The translations under genes and the position numbers were made by a program. Positions 61,461 through 64,000 of a stretch of DNA of 64,000 nt are shown here, piece by piece. How positions within the stretch are numbered: position 1 is the stretch's first letter; each line of letters begins with the position of its first letter. This DNA is from a virus (taxonomy: Duplodnaviria; Caudoviricetes): positions 66,668-130,667 of the IMG/VR virus record IMGVR_UViG_3300032038_000016. One strand, written 5' to 3'. The notes under the pieces were generated by a model, which was not told the origin of the DNA, made no database searches, and saw only the letters and a program-made list of their open reading frames with translations.

Positions 61461-63827
61461 TCAATTATCAATATCCGCCGCAGTAAATTTGAAGTTCATC
61501 AGCATCTCTTTTCTTTGGAGAATATTGTCTTTACCTTTACCTACTAAAGCACCCATCTTTTCCATTGTCATAACATCATCTGCAGTGACACGAATCAAAC
61601 GACGAGTACGAGGATCCATTACGACAGATCTCAATACGTCAGCATCCGATGATCCAAGGCCTTTGTAACGACCGGTGATATTCGGATAACGATCCTCAAT
61701 AAATTCGAAGAAGTGTGATAACTCCGATTGGTTTGCCGCACGAAGACTCGTTGATGAATAACGGATGAGAATACCATACTTCTTCTGAATATTAATTATA
61801 TCAAATAATGCTTTTTCCAAATCTTCATCAATCAATACGAACTGATCAATCAAATCGATTGTTGCTGTAACTTGGTTAGTATCGTGGTTGAATCCAATCT
61901 CCTTATATATCGGAGCAACATGTCTGAGCCATTCATCAATATGATCAATCAAATCATTCGCATGTCCATACTCCACAAATCCCCAAGCAATGTGTTCCAG
62001 CAGATAACGATTTACGGATCTCTGAATGGAGCATTTTCTAAGAATATTGAGATAATCAAATGCTTCAGATACAAATTCCCGGATATCAAACTCTTTGATT
62101 TCATTCGGGTCTTTTGTGGGGAATCCAATATGAAGATCACCGATTGAATCAATACACGCTTGGATGTATTCCGTTTGTGTTGCAACATACGATACATCCT
62201 TACCACGAGTCAACTGATACAACGGTGGTTCCGCAATATACAACTTCCCAGCTTCAATGATCTGTGGAAGGAAACGTTTGAAGAATACAAGATGTTCTGT
62301 TCGAATGTGATAGCCATCAATATCCGCATCCGTTGCAATAATGACTTTATCAAACTTCAACTTCTTCAAATCAAATGTTGAACCAACACCACATCCAAGA
62401 ATCGGAATGAGATTTTTCCATGAATCTGAATTGAGAACCTTAACAGGATCCAATTCGTAAGCATTTAAGTTCTTACCACGAGATTTGAGAATTGCTTGGA
62501 ATGGGAAACGTGCACCATTTAATCCGCCACCTGCAGAATCTCCCTCAACCAAGAAGAGCTCCTTTGGCATATCAGTCTTGATGGAAGAACACGGAATATA
62601 CTTGTCAGTGGTTGTCCATTGCTTCTTGACACGAGTTGCCTTTGAGATGTCACGAGCTTGTTCACCTGCAATACGAGCACGATGATTTCCCAATACAGCT
62701 TCGATCAACGAAGAGAATGTTCCACTGGGTTGTTTCTTCAACCATTCAAAACAAGCCGCTTCAATTGCTTTTCGTAAATCATTATTTAATACAGCATGCT
62801 TAGATTGTGCAGAAAACATGTGAGCAACATTACACTGTGCTTTCACAACCAACTGAAGATGGGATAATACATCTTTACGAATATCTTCATTCATAAGCTT
62901 CTTGTTCTTATTGGCACATTCTCCTTGGATGAAGTTGGTGAAAGCTCTTAACACAGCATCAACATGAGAACCATTCTGAGGAGTGTGGATCATATTCATC
63001 CATGACTGACGAATGTCATCACCATGATAATCCCCGGAGGCATACATAATTGCAACCTCTACTTCAAAAGTTCGATGCATCGGAGTTCCCTCTAATACTT
63101 CATCCATCTCACCTGTGAATGTCCCTGTAACAATATCACTCATACGCTGATCCTTAGGTATATCGATATCAAAGAACTCACGTAACCATTTGTGATTCAC
63201 ACGATATTGCTTTCCACGAACTTTGTATGTGAGATTAACAGATCTCGGCAAGGTATAATCAAAATCATGAATCCACTTCACCAAATCTTCCACAGGAATC
63301 TTGTCAGTACCCATAATCTTTTTCGATGGAGTAAACTTGACAAACAATCCGTGATCATTTCCATCATAATCTTCCAACTTCTCATCGACCAATTCTGCAT
63401 CCTGATAACGAAGCGTCAACTTCTTTTTCTCCTGTGGACGAATCGTCATGACCTCATATACAGAAGAGAGTGCTAACACACAACTTGACCCCACACCGTT
63501 TTCCCCACTTGTTGCTCCACCCGTTCTTGTCATGTTGGATCCGGCTTGGAGAGTCTCTAATACTTCTCTGAGAATATCTGTTGGAATACCTCTACCATTA
63601 TCACGGGTCATCAAATACTTATCTGCGATATCGATGAATATTTCATTTCCGGGAGATTCTGCTTTTGTCACTTCATCACGATTGTTGTCGATAATCTCCT
63701 TACACAGATGAAGTACTCCTGCTTCACCAAGTGCAGACACATACATCGTAGGTCTCGCTTTGATCTTATCCAAATCACGATGGATAATTTTGTACTTGTC
63801 ATCCTTAAACTTCTTTGGCATAATCAT
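61461..63827 (-). CDS. gyrB: Type IIA topoisomerase B subunit (GyrB/ParE-like)
   Basis: GHKL motifs EIIDN, DNGRGIP and GENGVG. TOPRIM motifs LVEGDSAGG, DADIDG, PPLY and RYKGLG. Confidence 0.92.
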   Translation of the reverse strand: MIMPKKFKDDKYKIIHRDLDKIKARPTMYVSALGEAGVLHLCKEIIDNNRDEVTKAESPGNEIFIDIADKYLMTRDNGRGIPTDILREVLETLQAGSNMTRTGGATSGENGVGSSCVLALSSVYEVMTIRPQEKKKLTLRYQDAELVDEKLEDYDGNDHGLFVKFTPSKKIMGTDKIPVEDLVKWIHDFDYTLPRSVNLTYKVRGKQYRVNHKWLREFFDIDIPKDQRMSDIVTGTFTGEMDEVLEGTPMHRTFEVEVAIMYASGDYHGDDIRQSWMNMIHTPQNGSHVDAVLRAFTNFIQGECANKNKKLMNEDIRKDVLSHLQLVVKAQCNVAHMFSAQSKHAVLNNDLRKAIEAACFEWLKKQPSGTFSSLIEAVLGNHRARIAGEQARDISKATRVKKQWTTTDKYIPCSSIKTDMPKELFLVEGDSAGGGLNGARFPFQAILKSRGKNLNAYELDPVKVLNSDSWKNLIPILGCGVGSTFDLKKLKFDKVIIATDADIDGYHIRTEHLVFFKRFLPQIIEAGKLYIAEPPLYQLTRGKDVSYVATQTEYIQACIDSIGDLHIGFPTKDPNEIKEFDIREFVSEAFDYLNILRKCSIQRSVNRYLLEHIAWGFVEYGHANDLIDHIDEWLRHVAPIYKEIGFNHDTNQVTATIDLIDQFVLIDEDLEKALFDIINIQKKYGILIRYSSTSLRAANQSELSHFFEFIEDRYPNITGRYKGLGSSDADVLRSVVMDPRTRRLIRVTADDVMTMEKMGALVGKGKDNILQRKEMLMNFKFTAADIDN

Positions 63828-63895
63828 TCTTCCTTTCTTTAATTAGTAACCTTAAGTGAATCTTTAGTTTATTATTACTCTACTACTTCACCCGG

Positions 63896-63910
63896 TCAAT
63901 TAAACAATAT
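63896..63910 (-). promoter_or_regulatory. Putative early/middle promoter ATATTGTTTAATTGA
   Basis: Identical to 22323-22337. Confidence 0.55.
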
Positions 63911-64000
63911 ACATGTAAAAAAGAAAAAGTTTTTGTATTACTATTTGGAGTATGAAATGGTATTTGTAAAATGATAATATAATTGTTCTTGTTGTTTAAG

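Noticed and set aside
59412-63827. Introns or inteins in the RNAP or gyrB genes
   Set aside because: Both frames are continuous, with no intein-type splice motifs or homing-endonuclease signature seen. The GyrB C-terminal insert resembles the known ~170-aa TOPRIM insertion.
1-64000. Stop-codon reassignment
   Set aside because: Long intact ORFs tile the window under code 11. TAA, TGA and TAG all end genes that are followed closely by SD-led starts.

Overview
This is a gene-dense, AT-rich segment of a jumbo tailed phage, most like the phiKZ-related AR9/PBS1 group. Strong AGGAGG/AGGTGA Shine-Dalgarno sites suggest a Firmicute host (inference). The window opens with the probable 3' end of the major capsid gene and a cluster of putative inner-head proteins. 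Next is a 3706-aa tape-measure/tail-lysin protein with C39-like peptidase, M23, lysozyme and NlpC/P60-like domains, then a small island of early genes including an HU-like protein. RusA, baseplate and tail-fibre/receptor-binding genes follow in both orientations. The window ends with an alphaCTD-like/DUF4406-like fusion, a BCS1-like AAA ATPase and a gyrB - RNAP beta'C - 5'-nuclease-fold operon. Five observations stand out. (1) The giant tail protein looks like a self-processing polyprotein, with five (V/L)xG(S/G)GD sites, two of which exactly bracket its own C39-like peptidase. (2) Two compact H-type pseudoknots of the same architecture flank one early gene. (3) A late-promoter motif AACG-N6-TAA resembles the AR9 uracil-dependent late promoter. 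(4) Three head proteins share an N-terminal leader and a putative xxE cleavage site. (5) One lectin-like module is inserted inside two unrelated domains. All family assignments come from motif recognition by eye; no database search was run.
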